Positions 62,632 through 64,000 of a stretch of DNA of 64,000 nucleotides are shown in pieces. This DNA is from Burkholderiales bacterium (GTDB taxonomy: Bacteria; Pseudomonadota; Gammaproteobacteria; Burkholderiales; Burkholderiaceae_C). The notes beneath the pieces are model-generated. The model ran no database searches and was not told the DNA's origin. It worked only from the letters and a program-made list of their open reading frames with translations. The position numbers and the translations under genes are program-made. Where the stretch lies: contig JANNFB010000026.1 in assembly GCA_031379365.1 (NCBI GenBank), positions 173 through 64,172 of the forward strand. The letters run 5' to 3'. Each line of letters opens with the position of its first letter. The stretch's first letter is position 1.

Positions 62632-63414
62632 ATGACCAACACATCGAGCCACTGGGCCCGCTTCGAAGCCGCCGGCCAGGTTGGCTTCGGCAAACTCGAC
62701 GGCGAGCAGATCACCGAGTACCGCGGTGACATGTTCGGCACGCCCGAGGCGACCGGTCGCGTGCTGGCGCTGAGCAGCGTGCGGCTGCTGCACCCGACGC
62801 AACCGACCAAGGTCCTTGCGCTGTGGAACAACTTTGCGGCCCTGGGTGCGAAGCTCGGCCTTGCCGTGCCCCCGGAGCCGCTCTACTTCCTGAAGGCACC
62901 GAACGCCTATGCCCACCCCGGGGACGTGATCCACGCGCCGCGCAGCCTGGGCAAAGTGGTCTTCGAGGGCGAACTCGGGATCGTGATCGGCAAGGCGGCC
63001 ACAGCCGTGAGCGAAGCCGAGGCGCTGGACCACGTCTTCGGCTACACCTGCGCCAACGACTTGACCGAGGTCGACATCATGAACCGCGACCCTTCGTTCA
63101 CGCAGTGGACGCGGGCCAAAGGCATGGACCAGTTCTGTCCGATGGGGCCGGTGATCGCGACGGGGCTGGACCCTGGCACGCTGGTCGTCAAGACCTGGCT
63201 CAACGGCGAGCTGCGCCAGAACTACCCGGTCAGCGACATGCGCTTCTCAGTGCCACGCCTGGTCAGCCTGATCTCACACGACATGACGCTCTATCCCGGC
63301 GACGTGATCCTGTGCGGCACCTCGGTCGGCGTCGGATCGATCAAGCCTGGCAGCGAGGTGTCGGTCGAGATCGAGGGCATCGGCAAGCTCACCAACCGCT
63401 ACCAGACGCGCTGA
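62632..63414 (+). CDS. FAH family hydrolase/isomerase (HpcE/YcgM-like)
   Basis: ...LYFLKAPNAYAHPGDVI...FEGELGIVIGK...GYTCANDLT...DQFCPMGP... Confidence 0.8.
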   Translation: MTNTSSHWARFEAAGQVGFGKLDGEQITEYRGDMFGTPEATGRVLALSSVRLLHPTQPTKVLALWNNFAALGAKLGLAVPPEPLYFLKAPNAYAHPGDVIHAPRSLGKVVFEGELGIVIGKAATAVSEAEALDHVFGYTCANDLTEVDIMNRDPSFTQWTRAKGMDQFCPMGPVIATGLDPGTLVVKTWLNGELRQNYPVSDMRFSVPRLVSLISHDMTLYPGDVILCGTSVGVGSIKPGSEVSVEIEGIGKLTNRYQTR

Positions 63415-63431
63415 GTGCCGCCCGAGGCCCT

Positions 63432-64000
63432 TCAGCGAACGGCAGTCGCCGCCGCCCCGAGCGCCTGCCCGCCGCCGTAGCTGCCTTGCTGCGGCGCTTG
63501 GCCGCCCTTGTGCACGCGGATGGCGCAGTACTTGAACTCGGGGATCTTGGCGAACGGATCGAGCGCGGCGTTGGTCAGCTTGTTGATCGCCGCTTCGTAG
63601 TAGCAGAACGGGACGAAAACGGCGCCGCGCGGCGTGCCGTCGTCGGCACGGGCATACAGCGACACGGTGCCCCGGCGCGACGCGATCGTCACCACGTCGC
63701 CCGGCTTGGCGCCCATCGCCGACAGATCGAGCGGATGGATCAGTGCCGTCGGGTCGGGCTCGAGCGCGTCGAGCACCGTCGCGCGACGCGTCATGCTGCC
63801 GGTGTGCCAATGCTCTAGCTGGCGCCCGGTGATCAGCACCATCGGGTAGTCGGCATCAGGACGTTCGTTGGCCGGGATGATGTCGGCCGGCACGAAGCGC
63901 GCCTTGCCGCCTTCGCGCGGGAAATGGTCGGTGAAGACCACGGACTCACCCGGGTCGCCTTCCTTCTCACACGGGTAGGTCACGGCATGCTCGCGCTCGA
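63432..64000 (-). CDS. Formate dehydrogenase alpha subunit, C-terminal part (molybdopterin dinucleotide-binding domain). The gene continues beyond the window.
   Basis: ...YPMVLITGRQLEHWHTGSMTRR...PGDVVTIASRRGTVSLYARADDGTPRGAVFVPFCYYEAAINKLTN...KIPEFKYCAIRV. The frame stays open up to base 64000 (..EREHAVTYPC..). Confidence 0.8.
   Translation of the reverse strand, partial: EREHAVTYPCEKEGDPGESVVFTDHFPREGGKARFVPADIIPANERPDADYPMVLITGRQLEHWHTGSMTRRATVLDALEPDPTALIHPLDLSAMGAKPGDVVTIASRRGTVSLYARADDGTPRGAVFVPFCYYEAAINKLTNAALDPFAKIPEFKYCAIRVHKGGQAPQQGSYGGGQALGAAATAVR

Overview
Very G+C-rich chromosomal window. Sampled 60-nt lines such as 13021-13080 and 46021-46080 count 48/60 G+C. Gene content looks betaproteobacterial, probably Burkholderiales, but that is an inference from gene content only. 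I call about 55 protein genes, 2 tRNAs and one decayed IS3-family element. Contents from left to right: (1) IS3 remnant at 1-926. (2) A visibly lower-G+C glycan island at about 0.9-5.7 kb: O-antigen-ligase-like protein, GT2, Wzt and Wzm. (3) An exosortase-B type EPS locus (xrtB, epsG, epsF, epsE, epsD) whose EpsI partner lies about 8 kb away, behind ubiE, a DUF971 gene and a GGDEF-EAL gene. (4) Housekeeping blocks: a giant FAD/Fe-S oxidoreductase, ugpBAECQ, an MFS transporter, argJ, secA, an M23 peptidase, dciA-like, tRNA-Thr, sspBA, petABC, mscL, a DUF1631-like gene, pdxA, a Nif3-like gene and a DegS-like protease. (5) The most interesting stretch, 43.7-49.3 kb: a tightly coupled five-gene operon. 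It encodes a VIT-vWA secreted protein with a PEP-CTERM-like tail, a second and divergent small exosortase, an EpsI-like protein, a GT51 transglycosylase-domain protein with an unknown N-terminal domain, and an OmpA-like lipoprotein. I cannot match this combination to a described system. (6) A MetH N-terminal module, a rhodanese, a second GGDEF-EAL gene, a tandem AAA+ ATPase with a DUF3567-like gene, DUF3108-like, FAH, a tRNA with CAU anticodon, a CbbR-like LysR regulator with a CbbY-like fragment, a PanE-like reductase, frc, a second FAH and the 3' end of a formate dehydrogenase alpha subunit. No CRISPR array, rRNA, prophage or integrase was seen. Many long ORFs in the track are antisense artefacts of the high G+C content.
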